A stretch of DNA of 32,000 bases from Crocosphaera sp. Lineage in GTDB: Bacteria; Cyanobacteriota; Cyanobacteriia; Cyanobacteriales; Microcystaceae. The stretch is from the NCBI GenBank assembly GCA_030064955.1, contig JASJDW010000020.1, positions 4,310 to 36,309 on the forward strand, in the 5' to 3' direction. Below are positions 8,881-17,769 of the stretch, in pieces (position 1 is the first letter of the stretch; each line of letters opens with the position of its first letter). Made by a program: the position numbers and the translations under genes. The notes below the pieces were generated by a model. The model was given only the letters and a program-made list of their open reading frames with translations, did no database searches and was not told the DNA's origin.

Positions 8881-9216
8881 TTAGGGTAAAAATCGATCCA
8901 AAGCTGCCTTTAATTCTTGCAATTCTTCCTCTATATTACCTTCTTTAGCAGCCCGAGCAACACATTCATTCAAATGTTCATCCAAAATGAGACGAGAGAC
9001 TCGATCAATTGCTCCTCTAACGGCTGCTAATTGGATCAAAACTTCCGGACAAGGACGACTTTCTGATACCATATTTTTAACCCCTCTAATATGGCCTTCA
9101 ATACGAGAAAGACGGTTAATAATTTGTTTTAATGAGGCTTCATTATGAACATGATTATGGGAAGTATCCTCATGGTGATGATGATGTGGGCTTGATGGTA
9201 CCTTACTTTGAGTCAA
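8881..9216 (-). CDS. CsoR/RcnR-family metal-responsive repressor, InrS-like, with His-rich N-terminus
   Basis: HHHHHEDTSHNHVHNEASLKQIINRLSRIEGHIRGVKNMVSESRPCPEVLIQLAAVRGAIDRVSRLILDEHLNECV; conserved RIEGHIRG, Cys and HxxxC positions. Confidence 0.85.
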   Translation of the reverse strand: MTQSKVPSSPHHHHHEDTSHNHVHNEASLKQIINRLSRIEGHIRGVKNMVSESRPCPEVLIQLAAVRGAIDRVSRLILDEHLNECVARAAKEGNIEEELQELKAALDRFLP

Positions 9217-9441
9217 TGGTTTCCGTTTAACCTCAAATTATTATTAAAAGGATGCTAAGACACTCATTAATTGAAAAGTGACTTAAAAGTATAACTCCTA
9301 ACAATTGTTATTATGACACATTATTAATTAATACTAATTACTTATTACCTCTAACGCTCAAAAATAAGCTATGGTAGAAGAGAGGAATTTTGGCTTGAAT
9401 TGTCAAAATAAGTAACGAAAATCAACCATTGAGGAGGATTT

Positions 9442-11967
9442 ATGCGTGCAGTGCTAATGGCTGGGGGATCGGGAACTCGGTTACGCCCATTAACCTGTGA
9501 TTTACCTAAGCCGATGGTACCCATATTAAATCGCCCCATTGCAGAACATATTATTAACTTATTAAAACGACATAATATTACAGAGATTATTACAACTTTA
9601 TACTATCTTCCCGATGTGATGCGGGATTATTTTCAAGATGGGAAAGACTTTGGAGTAGAAATAACCTATGCGGTAGAAGATGAACAACCTTTAGGGACCG
9701 CAGGGTGTGTGAAAAATGTGGAGGATCTCTTACACCATACCTTTTTAGTCATTAGTGGGGATAGTATCACCGATTTTGATCTCCAAGCTGCGATCGCGTT
9801 TCATCGTCAAAAAAAATCGAAAGCCACCCTTGTCTTGACTCGTGTTCCTAACCCCATGGAGTTTGGGGTGGTTATTACCGATAAAGACCAAAAAATTATC
9901 CGTTTTCTAGAAAAACCCTCCGCTAGCGAAATTTTCTCCGATACGGTTAACACGGGTACCTACATTTTAGAACCAGAAGTCCTGCAATACCTCCCGGCCA
10001 AGGAAGAAAGCGACTTTTCTAAAGATTTATTTCCCCTTCTCCTGGCCCGAGGGGAACCCATGTATGGCTACATTGCAGAAGGATATTGGTGCGATGTCGG
10101 CCATTTAGATGCCTATCGAGAAGCCCAATACGATGCCCTAGAAAAAAAAGTTAAGCTAGATTTTGCTTATACTGAACAGTCTCCAGGCATTTGGTTGGGG
10201 CAGAATACCTATATTGACCCTACTGCCAAAATTGAACCCCCCGCCCTCATTGGAGATAACTGTCGCATTGGTCCAGGGGTCATCATTGAACAGGGATGTG
10301 TGATGGGGGATAACGTCACTATTGGGGCAGCCTCAGACTTAAAACGCCCCATTATTTGGAATGGTGTCACCGTGGGGGATGAATCTTATTTGGCTGCTTG
10401 TGTCATTGCCAGGGGAACCCGCATTGATCGTCGATCGCAAGTATTAGAAGGGGCAATTATTGGACCGTTATCTATCCTGGGAGAAGAATCACAAATTAGC
10501 TCAAATGTCCGAGTTTGGCCTAGCAAACGCATCGAATCAGGAGCTATCTTGAATATTAACTTAATTTGGGGTAGTACCGCTAATCGTAACCTGTTTGGTC
10601 AACGGGGAGTCACAGGATTAGCCAATATTGATATTACCCCAGAATTTGCCGTGAAATTAGGGGCGGCTTATGGATCAACCTTAAAAGCCGGATCGCAAGT
10701 AGTGGTATCGCGGGATCAACGGGGTTTTTCCCGTATGATTAGTCGTTCTTTGATTTCGGGGTTAATGTCTGTGGGCATTAATATCCAAAACCTCGAAGCC
10801 ACCGCTATTCCTATCTCCCGTACCATGACTCCCAAATTAGGAGTATCCGGTGGAGTCCATTTACGGGCCCATCCCGATCGCACCGATCATATTTTAATCG
10901 AATTTTTTGACGATGAAGGCATTAATATTTCTAAATCTCAAGAAAAGAAAATTGAAGGGGCCTATTTTAAAGAAGATTTACGACGGGTGGGTATTGCTGA
11001 CATTGGCAATATGGCCTATCCGGCACAAGTGATCGAGACCTATCGTGAAACCTTTGAGACGCAATTAGATATTGACAGCATTAACAACAGTGACCCCAAA
11101 ATTGTCATTGACTACGTTTATGGGGTGTCAGGGGCGATTTTACCGCAACTTCTGACTAAATTTGGTTGTGATGCCATTGTCCTTAATGCCAGTTTACGAC
11201 AAACTACGGTTCCGATAGAAGAAAGAGAGTCCTTACTGCATCAACTGGGCCAAGTGGTGGAAGCGGTAAAAGCCAATTTAGGGGCGCAAGTGTCCGCCAA
11301 TGGGGAACAATTTATCCTGGTGGATGAGTCCGGTTTACCCATCCGAGGGGAATGGTTAACTGCGTTGATGGTTAATACTATTTTTACTGCTTATCCTCGC
11401 AGTACGGTAGTTGTTCCGGTGGAAGCGTCTAGCGCAGTAGAACAAATTGCCCGTCGTCACGATGGGAGAGTGATTCGCACTAAATCTAATCCTACCGCGT
11501 TGATGGAAGCAGCCCAAATGAATCCTAACGTCTCTTTAGGGGGAAGTGGGGACACGGGATTTATCTTTCCTCAGTTGCATCCAGGGTTTGATGCCATGTT
11601 TAGCTTAGCAAAACTGTTAGAAATGTTGGCCACTCAAGGGCGATCGCTGGTACAAATTCAAGCAGAATTACCTCGTATTTCTCATAAGTCCTACATTTTA
11701 CGCTGTCCTTGGAAAGTTAAAGGCTCCCTAATGCGTTATTTAGTAGAAATTCATAACCCTGAACAATTAGAATTAATCGATGGGGTAAAAGTAATTAATC
11801 CCCAAAATGATAACTGGGTGTTAATTTTACCCGATGCAGGAGAACCTTTAGTACATATTGTCGCTAACAGCGATGATCGGGAATGGGTAGACATTAATCT
11901 GAGGGAATATCGTCGCAAAGTACAATCTTTTATTGAACAAGAACAAGGAGATTTGATTAGTATGTAG
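9442..11967 (+). CDS. Nucleotidyltransferase (mannose-1-phosphate guanylyltransferase-like) with left-handed beta-helix linker and phosphomannomutase-like C-terminal domain
   Basis: MRAVLMAGGSGTRLRPLTCDLPKPMVPILNRPI...ISGDSITDFDL; hexapeptide-type repeats after residue ~250; C-terminal alpha-D-phosphohexomutase-like fold. Confidence 0.85.
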   Translation: MRAVLMAGGSGTRLRPLTCDLPKPMVPILNRPIAEHIINLLKRHNITEIITTLYYLPDVMRDYFQDGKDFGVEITYAVEDEQPLGTAGCVKNVEDLLHHTFLVISGDSITDFDLQAAIAFHRQKKSKATLVLTRVPNPMEFGVVITDKDQKIIRFLEKPSASEIFSDTVNTGTYILEPEVLQYLPAKEESDFSKDLFPLLLARGEPMYGYIAEGYWCDVGHLDAYREAQYDALEKKVKLDFAYTEQSPGIWLGQNTYIDPTAKIEPPALIGDNCRIGPGVIIEQGCVMGDNVTIGAASDLKRPIIWNGVTVGDESYLAACVIARGTRIDRRSQVLEGAIIGPLSILGEESQISSNVRVWPSKRIESGAILNINLIWGSTANRNLFGQRGVTGLANIDITPEFAVKLGAAYGSTLKAGSQVVVSRDQRGFSRMISRSLISGLMSVGINIQNLEATAIPISRTMTPKLGVSGGVHLRAHPDRTDHILIEFFDDEGINISKSQEKKIEGAYFKEDLRRVGIADIGNMAYPAQVIETYRETFETQLDIDSINNSDPKIVIDYVYGVSGAILPQLLTKFGCDAIVLNASLRQTTVPIEERESLLHQLGQVVEAVKANLGAQVSANGEQFILVDESGLPIRGEWLTALMVNTIFTAYPRSTVVVPVEASSAVEQIARRHDGRVIRTKSNPTALMEAAQMNPNVSLGGSGDTGFIFPQLHPGFDAMFSLAKLLEMLATQGRSLVQIQAELPRISHKSYILRCPWKVKGSLMRYLVEIHNPEQLELIDGVKVINPQNDNWVLILPDAGEPLVHIVANSDDREWVDINLREYRRKVQSFIEQEQGDLISM

Positions 11968-12150
11968 TAAGGCAAGTACAGGACTTGTTAGGCCATGCTG
12001 ACCCCAGGACAACGGTAAAGGTTCCTCTTTGATTCGTAGCGGTTTTCATTTGAATTGTCATTTATTTAACCGAATGTCGAAAAGAATTCCCCATTCGTCT
12101 TTCACGGTGGGGATGAATTTTTGACCAAAATATTGAACCGCGCAGCATCC

Positions 12151-12582
12151 TCATTTCTTAGCTTCTAATCCTCCTGATTGATTTTTGATATACTCTTTGA
12201 CCACTTCTAATGGTGCGCCACCACAAGAAATTATACATTTAGAATCATGCCACAACTTGGCTTGTTTTCCCCAGTAAAATTGAGCAATATGCTCAGAATA
12301 CTTATTTCTTAGAATGCGACTACTAGCAGATTTTAGTGCAGCCACCAAATTAGAGATATTATTATCAGGATGTAAATCAATTAATAAATGAACATGGTCT
12401 GGTTCTAAATTACATTCAAGTAGAAAACTTTTATTTTTTTGTAAGACTCTACTAAATATTTCTTTGAGGTCATCCAACATCTTTTTAGTTAATACTTTTC
12501 GTCTATATTTCGTAACAAACACAATCTGTAAATGAATAGAAAAAACCGCATGAGAAATTTTCCTAAGTCCAATTTGTTTCAT
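12151..12582 (-). CDS. tnpA: IS200/IS605-family Y1 (HUH) transposase TnpA
   Basis: VFSIHLQIVFVTKYRRKVLT...LLECNLEPDHVHLLIDLHPDNNISNLVAALKSASSR...FYWGKQAKLWHDSKCIISCGGAPLEVVKEYIKNQ; contains the HVH (HUH) motif. Confidence 0.93.
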   Translation of the reverse strand: MKQIGLRKISHAVFSIHLQIVFVTKYRRKVLTKKMLDDLKEIFSRVLQKNKSFLLECNLEPDHVHLLIDLHPDNNISNLVAALKSASSRILRNKYSEHIAQFYWGKQAKLWHDSKCIISCGGAPLEVVKEYIKNQSGGLEAKK

Positions 12583-12647
12583 TTTAGAAATTAAGTGATA
12601 TAATTATACCAGCTTGTAAAGCGAGAGAGTAGTTATAAAGAGTTACA

Positions 12648-14063
12648 ATGTTTACTGTTACTCGACGATATACATTTCGATTATATCCAAATAAAGCCCA
12701 AATGTCAAAGCTGTTTGAGGCGAGACGGTTACATTGTTATCTCTATAATGCAGCTATTTCTCATCGTAAAACTGAGTATCAATACTTTTCTAACTCTGTT
12801 AGTTATTTCCAACAGCAAAATGCTCTACCTGCTTTTAAAGAATGTTGGCCAGAATATAAAGAACTGAATTCTCAAACCCTACAGGCTACTATTAAAAGGG
12901 TAGATTTGAGTTATAACCGATTCTTCCAAGGATTGTCTAAAAAGCCCAAGTTCAAATCGATTCGAGACTATTCAGGTTGGACTTATCCAGGACACAGTGG
13001 ATGGGAGGCTTTAACTGAGGGTAAACATGGTCAAGTTCGTTTGAGAGATTTAGGCATAACTATCAGAATGAGAGGCCAAGCTAAACAATGGGGAACTCCC
13101 ACAACTTTGACTATTATTTACAAGCCTTATCTTAACCAATGGTTCGCTAGTTTTACTGTTAATGTAGCTATTCAAGAAACCTTATTTGCTTCTGATAGTG
13201 AGCTTAAATATCAATCAATAATTTCTATTGATTTAGGAACTGAAACGGCATTGACTGCCTATGATGGTCAAGAGTTTCTAGAAGTAGAAAATCAAAGATT
13301 TGCTAGGGGGGCCCAGAAAAAGATACAGTCTGCATCTAAACAATTAAGGAGGAAAAAATGTCCTAATCATAGAGAAAAAATCAAAGCTTCTCAACGTTGG
13401 AAGAAAGCTAGAAAGCAAGTTTCTAAACTTCAAAGAAAAGTGGCGGCACAAAGGAAAAATTGGCAGCATCAGGTAACAACAGAAATTGCTAGTCGTTATG
13501 ACATCGTTGTTACTGAGAAGTTAGAAACTAAAAAAATGACCCGTAAAGCTAAACAGGGTAGTAAGAGAAGCGGTGCGACCCCGCGCCGTTGCACGGCGCA
13601 AGGGAACGCGCACCAAGTAGCTGGACTTAATAAGTCAATTTTAGATGTGGGTTTTGGCAGTCTTAATAAATTGATTACCTATAAAATTGAAGCCAAAGGG
13701 GGATTAGCTTTATTTCTTCCGACCTTAAAAATCAAACCTTCACAGCGTTGTCCTAATTGTGGAACAGTGCATAAAGATTGGGCTGATTTGTCTAATCGTT
13801 ACCATGTCTGCAATGCTTCGGACTGTAATTTTGAGGGTCCAAGAGATAGAGGTTCTGTGATGGTTATGTACAACGTTGCTACCAATCAGCAACAGGGGTT
13901 GGGAACCAGCCTCTCAGACTGTGGATGCTTTAGCTCTACTGATTCGACCAAGAAGCGCAAGCATACTGGCTCGATGAAGCAACTAGGGCAGAAGAAACGT
14001 CAAAAGTCCCTTCTTGGAAGTTCGAGGTCTTCTGAAACCCCAACTTCTCAAAAGTTGGGGTAG
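12648..14063 (+). CDS. tnpB: TnpB family RNA-guided nuclease of IS200/IS605
   Basis: FRLYPNKAQ start, RuvC-I IISIDLGTETALTAY, RuvC-II IVVTEKLETKKM, zinc finger CPNCG...CNASDC, RuvC-III region RDRGSVMVMYN. Confidence 0.92.
   Translation: MFTVTRRYTFRLYPNKAQMSKLFEARRLHCYLYNAAISHRKTEYQYFSNSVSYFQQQNALPAFKECWPEYKELNSQTLQATIKRVDLSYNRFFQGLSKKPKFKSIRDYSGWTYPGHSGWEALTEGKHGQVRLRDLGITIRMRGQAKQWGTPTTLTIIYKPYLNQWFASFTVNVAIQETLFASDSELKYQSIISIDLGTETALTAYDGQEFLEVENQRFARGAQKKIQSASKQLRRKKCPNHREKIKASQRWKKARKQVSKLQRKVAAQRKNWQHQVTTEIASRYDIVVTEKLETKKMTRKAKQGSKRSGATPRRCTAQGNAHQVAGLNKSILDVGFGSLNKLITYKIEAKGGLALFLPTLKIKPSQRCPNCGTVHKDWADLSNRYHVCNASDCNFEGPRDRGSVMVMYNVATNQQQGLGTSLSDCGCFSSTDSTKKRKHTGSMKQLGQKKRQKSLLGSSRSSETPTSQKLG
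14037..14060 (+). repeat. Right-end subterminal hairpin of the IS element
   Basis: CCCCAACTT-CTCAA-AAGTTGGGG, 9-bp perfect stem overlapping both the tnpB 3' end and the 3' end of the opposite-strand kinase gene. Confidence 0.8.
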
Positions 14064-14512
14064 TTCATCGAACGATAAACAATGAATTGATTACGGTTAC
14101 GATTGTCAATTCTTTCATAGATTAACTGATCCACACTAATTTGTGCTAAATAAACCCCCAAACCGCCAATGTCTCGTTCTGATAAAGGATTTTCTAAATT
14201 ATTTGGGGTTGGCTGTTGAGTCGGATCATAAGGAATTCCTGTGTCTTCTAAGTAAATTGTTAAGGCTTTTTGATCGAGTTTTGCTTGTAATTCTACAGTT
14301 CCCTGACCTTTTTGATGAGCATATCCGTGTTCAATAATATTAGTGGCAATTTCATCAACTGCACGACGAAGATTATTGCTTTTTTTGCGATCTAATCCAG
14401 CTTTTTGAGAGATTTCTTTAACATAATCGGAAATAACGCTTAAGGAATCTCTGAGGGCAGGAACAATTAATTTTTCACCATTCATTGTTAGTTCCTTGTA
14501 ATTATATACCAT
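14048..14512 (-). CDS. Anti-sigma regulatory factor / RsbW-like serine kinase (HATPase_c_2)
   Basis: KKSNNLRRAVDEIATNIIEHGYAHQKGQGTVELQ...LTIYLEDTGIPYDPTQQ...ERDIGGLGVYLAQISVDQLIYERIDNRNQF: N box and G1 box; last codons lie in the IS right end. Confidence 0.88.
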   Translation of the reverse strand: MVYNYKELTMNGEKLIVPALRDSLSVISDYVKEISQKAGLDRKKSNNLRRAVDEIATNIIEHGYAHQKGQGTVELQAKLDQKALTIYLEDTGIPYDPTQQPTPNNLENPLSERDIGGLGVYLAQISVDQLIYERIDNRNRNQFIVYRSMNYPNF

Positions 14513-14654
14513 TTCCTGGACTCATGAGGTACAGCTAATATTCAACTTCTGAACTCCTGCTGGGGAGCATCGGGCGAAGCCTGCCCTACCGAACTCCTAA
14601 ATCCTAAAACTAGAAGAGTTTGTCCCTCACAAGTATGGGAACTGCTATAATTAA

Positions 14655-14984
14655 TCAATCGGATATTTCATCTTCATTCTTAACGAGAATGACACTATGA
14701 TGAAAACCTGTTTTTTCGATGGTATCTAAGACAATTTCTTGTGCGCCTACCACATAAATATCAACCTGTTTTCCCATTTTTTGTTTGGCAAAGATGAGGA
14801 TTCTTAATCCAGCACTAGCCATATATTCTAAGTCTTCCATTAATAAAATAAGACAGCTTGGTTTTAAGGTTGCGGCTTCTTCAATTTTCTGTTTCAATTG
14901 TTCTGCATTACTACCATCTAATTCTCCTGAAAGAATAATTTTAGCTGTGTTGTTGGTGGTTTCTAAAGTGGTGGTTAAGTTCAT
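14655..14984 (-). CDS. STAS domain anti-sigma factor antagonist (approximate start at MNLTTTLE; ORF track start 15059)
   Basis: MNLTTTLETTNNTAKIILSGELDGSNAEQLKQKIEEA...LEYMASAGLRILIFAKQKM, conserved S-A-G-L-R phosphoacceptor loop. Confidence 0.88.
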   Translation of the reverse strand: MNLTTTLETTNNTAKIILSGELDGSNAEQLKQKIEEAATLKPSCLILLMEDLEYMASAGLRILIFAKQKMGKQVDIYVVGAQEIVLDTIEKTGFHHSVILVKNEDEISD

Positions 14985-15030
14985 CTTTTTTGGACTGTTA
15001 GTGAATAAGAATGTGAGTGTGAAACTGTGT

Positions 15031-17157
15031 TTATTGGGCCTTGCCAACCAAAATGACAATAGAGCGATCGCCGAGTAAAATTTGAGATTGATCAGCTAAT
15101 GGGGGTTCTTTTCCTGGTTGATAACAATCATCGGGTGAACAACAACCCGTATTGACAAAAATATGCCAAGTTAGGCCGTGGGGAAGTTGAGGGAGTTCAA
15201 ACCCCAAAGTCTCCCAATACATATTCATGGCAACATAGATATAGTCGTCTGTTTGGGTTCGGAGTTGACTGTGTTGACCACACAACATAAAGGCTAAAGT
15301 TTGATGATTTTCTGACCAGTCAACAAACCATTTTTTGGTTCCATGCCAACTAATATCAGCATAACCACTTCCCACATAGTCAGTGTTGGCAAAATGAGTA
15401 CGGTTCCTTAAGATAGGATGGGTTTGACGAAAGGCAATACAATGCTTGACAAAGCGTAATAAGTCAGCATTTTGAGCGAGAAGTTCCCAATTAAACCAAT
15501 TTAGGGGAGAATCATGGCAATAGGTGTTATTGTTGCCTTGTTTGGATCGTCCCACTTCATCCCCCATCAATAACATGGGAACTCCTTGGGATACCATCAG
15601 TAAAGCGATGGCGTTTCGCATTTGTCGCTGTCTTAACTGGTTAATATGAGGATCATCGGTCCATCCTTCTACTCCACAGTTCCAACTCTCGTTATTATTC
15701 TCCCCGTCGTTATTATTCTCCCCATTCGCATCGTTGTGTTTCTGGTTATAGGAAACGAGATCCCCTAAGGTGAAGCCATCATGGGCGGTGATAAAATTGA
15801 TAGAAGTAGACGGTGGACGGTTAGCGTGGGCGTAGAGATCAGGGGAACCTTGTAAACGTTGGGCAACTTCGCCGATATTCCCTTGACCTTTGAGAAATTT
15901 ACGCAGGGTGTCACGATATTTCCCATTCCATTCTGACCAACGGCCAAAGGCTGGAAATGATCCCACTTGATAAAGTCCTCCAGCATCCCAAGCTTCAGCA
16001 ATCAGTTTACACTTGGCTAAAACGGGATCAAAGGCTAAGGTTTCGAGGAGGGGAGGGTTGGCTAAGGGAGTTCCCCAAGGATCTCGTCCTAAGATGGAGG
16101 CAAGATCAAAACGAAAGCCATCAATATGATATTCTGAAGCCCAATAGCGCAAACAGTCAAGTACCAAATTTCGCACAATAGGATTATTACAATTAAGGGT
16201 ATTACCACAACCACTAAAGTTGAAATAATAACCTTCTGGGGTCAACATATAATAGGTTTTGTTATCAATTCCACGAAAGGAAATATATAGACCGTTTTCA
16301 TTGCCTTCTGCTGTGTGATTGAAGACCACATCTAAGATAATCTCAATCCCATTTTTGTGCAAATCTTTCACTAAAGTTTTCAGTTCATCCATTTGCATTC
16401 CTAATTTTCCGGTCGCAGCATAACCAGCTTTTGGGGCAAAAAATCCGACGCTACTGTATCCCCAATAGTTATATAAAGTTTCTCCTGTAGTGGGAGATTT
16501 TTTAGAATTTTCAAATTCATCAAATTCAAAAATAGGCATTAATTCAACAGCATTAATTCCTAAGTCTTTTAAATAAGGAATTTTTTCCCTAAGTCCGGCA
16601 AATGTTCCTGGGTATTTAACCTTTGATGAGGAATGTTGAGTAAAACTCCGAAGGTGCATTTCATAAATAATTAAGTCTTCTAGGGGAGTTTCTAAGGGTT
16701 TATCGTCTTCCCAATCAAAGTCATCTAAAGCGATTCTAGCACGATGTTGATAAATATTATGACAGTTAGGTTCTTGTCCCCAAATATCTCTTCCTCCGAT
16801 TACTTTAGCATAGGGATCTAACAGGATTTTATTAATATCAAACCAATGACCTTCTTGGGGATTAAATAACCCATCAAAACGATAACCATATTCAATGTTT
16901 TCGTAGTCTAAATCAAAAACTATCATACTGTAGACATTGCCGATCTTAAATTCATTGGGGAAAGGGATTTCTACTAAAGGAGTTAAAGCGTGTTTTTCAA
17001 ATAAAACGAGCGTACAAGCAGTCCCATGACTAGAATAAATGGAGAAGTTCACCCCTCCAGGAATAATGGTTGTCCCAAAAGGAAAAGGTTTTCCACGACG
17101 TAGTTTAAAGTTTTGGTAATTGTGGGTTGGATAAGTATCAATTCGCTCTAACATCAT
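15031..17157 (-). CDS. glgX: Glycogen debranching enzyme GlgX / isoamylase-type GH13
   Basis: GKPFPFGTTIIPGGVNFSIYSSHGTACTLVLFE...IYEMHLRSFT...DVVFNHTAEG...GFRFDLASILGRD...FITAHDGFTLGDLVSYNQKHNDANGENNNDG. Confidence 0.92.
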   Translation of the reverse strand: MMLERIDTYPTHNYQNFKLRRGKPFPFGTTIIPGGVNFSIYSSHGTACTLVLFEKHALTPLVEIPFPNEFKIGNVYSMIVFDLDYENIEYGYRFDGLFNPQEGHWFDINKILLDPYAKVIGGRDIWGQEPNCHNIYQHRARIALDDFDWEDDKPLETPLEDLIIYEMHLRSFTQHSSSKVKYPGTFAGLREKIPYLKDLGINAVELMPIFEFDEFENSKKSPTTGETLYNYWGYSSVGFFAPKAGYAATGKLGMQMDELKTLVKDLHKNGIEIILDVVFNHTAEGNENGLYISFRGIDNKTYYMLTPEGYYFNFSGCGNTLNCNNPIVRNLVLDCLRYWASEYHIDGFRFDLASILGRDPWGTPLANPPLLETLAFDPVLAKCKLIAEAWDAGGLYQVGSFPAFGRWSEWNGKYRDTLRKFLKGQGNIGEVAQRLQGSPDLYAHANRPPSTSINFITAHDGFTLGDLVSYNQKHNDANGENNNDGENNNESWNCGVEGWTDDPHINQLRQRQMRNAIALLMVSQGVPMLLMGDEVGRSKQGNNNTYCHDSPLNWFNWELLAQNADLLRFVKHCIAFRQTHPILRNRTHFANTDYVGSGYADISWHGTKKWFVDWSENHQTLAFMLCGQHSQLRTQTDDYIYVAMNMYWETLGFELPQLPHGLTWHIFVNTGCCSPDDCYQPGKEPPLADQSQILLGDRSIVILVGKAQ

Positions 17158-17187
17158 AATTTCTCTTGAATAACTAGATCAAGTTTT

Positions 17188-17769
17188 TTAGTTATTTTTT
17201 GTTGCTTTAGAATACAACCAAAAAGCAAATATTCTGGTCATACGAGGCATAACAATATAAGTCATTAAATGCACTAAAATTACTGTTAAAATTAATGTCC
17301 TTTGTGGAGAAGGCAAATTACTTAAAATAGGGGCAAGGATCAAGTTAATTAAGTTAACCAATGGAAAGATTGCTAACCAAGTAATGACAGCCATTTTATA
17401 GCGTGGTGGAGGAATAATAGGTTTATTTCTCGAAAGCGTAAACCAAGTTTCTAACCCTGTAATTACTTCTATTATGGGTGATCCAACTGTTAAACTTTCT
17501 CCTCTTGCAAACCATTGACGACGACATTTTGAGCGTTCCCAACGTTCTAAGTTACTACGAGTATTGAATTTAAAAACGATTAAATATTCTCTATGAGTTG
17601 GATCGGTGGGGGGAAAAACGTTAGTCCCTAAATGTCCTTCAAAAGTCATTGACGCATTAATAATTCCTATCAGAAATTCCTCAAATTCTTTTTCACACCC
17701 TGGTTTAACTATCCGTTTAACAGTAACAGTTACAGGGGGATTATCATCAGTATTAGTTTGACGTTCCAT
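17188..17769 (-). CDS. Antibiotic biosynthesis monooxygenase (ABM)-domain protein with C-terminal transmembrane segments
   Basis: VTVTVKRIVKPGCEKEFEEFLIGIINASMTFEGHLGTNVFPPTDPTHREYLIVFKFNTRSNLERWERS...; hydrophobic C-terminus. Confidence 0.8.
   Translation of the reverse strand: MERQTNTDDNPPVTVTVKRIVKPGCEKEFEEFLIGIINASMTFEGHLGTNVFPPTDPTHREYLIVFKFNTRSNLERWERSKCRRQWFARGESLTVGSPIIEVITGLETWFTLSRNKPIIPPPRYKMAVITWLAIFPLVNLINLILAPILSNLPSPQRTLILTVILVHLMTYIVMPRMTRIFAFWLYSKATKNN

Larger units (their letters stand above)
12080..14070. mobile_element. IS200/IS605-family element with divergent tnpA/tnpB (approximate ends)
   Basis: Divergent Y1 transposase and TnpB; candidate subterminal hairpins at ~12085-12118 (TTCCCCA...TGGGGATGAA) and 14037-14060 (CCCCAACTT..AAGTTGGGG). 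Exact ends not determinable without an empty site. Confidence 0.8.

Noticed and set aside
12648-14063. TnpB as a CRISPR-associated (Cas12-like) effector
   Set aside because: It is paired with a Y1 TnpA and flanked by IS200/IS605-type hairpins; no CRISPR array or cas genes seen in the window.
12151-14063. Degenerate or inactive IS element
   Set aside because: Both ORFs look complete and motif-bearing (HUH present; RuvC motifs present), so inactivity cannot be claimed despite the palindrome insertion in tnpB.
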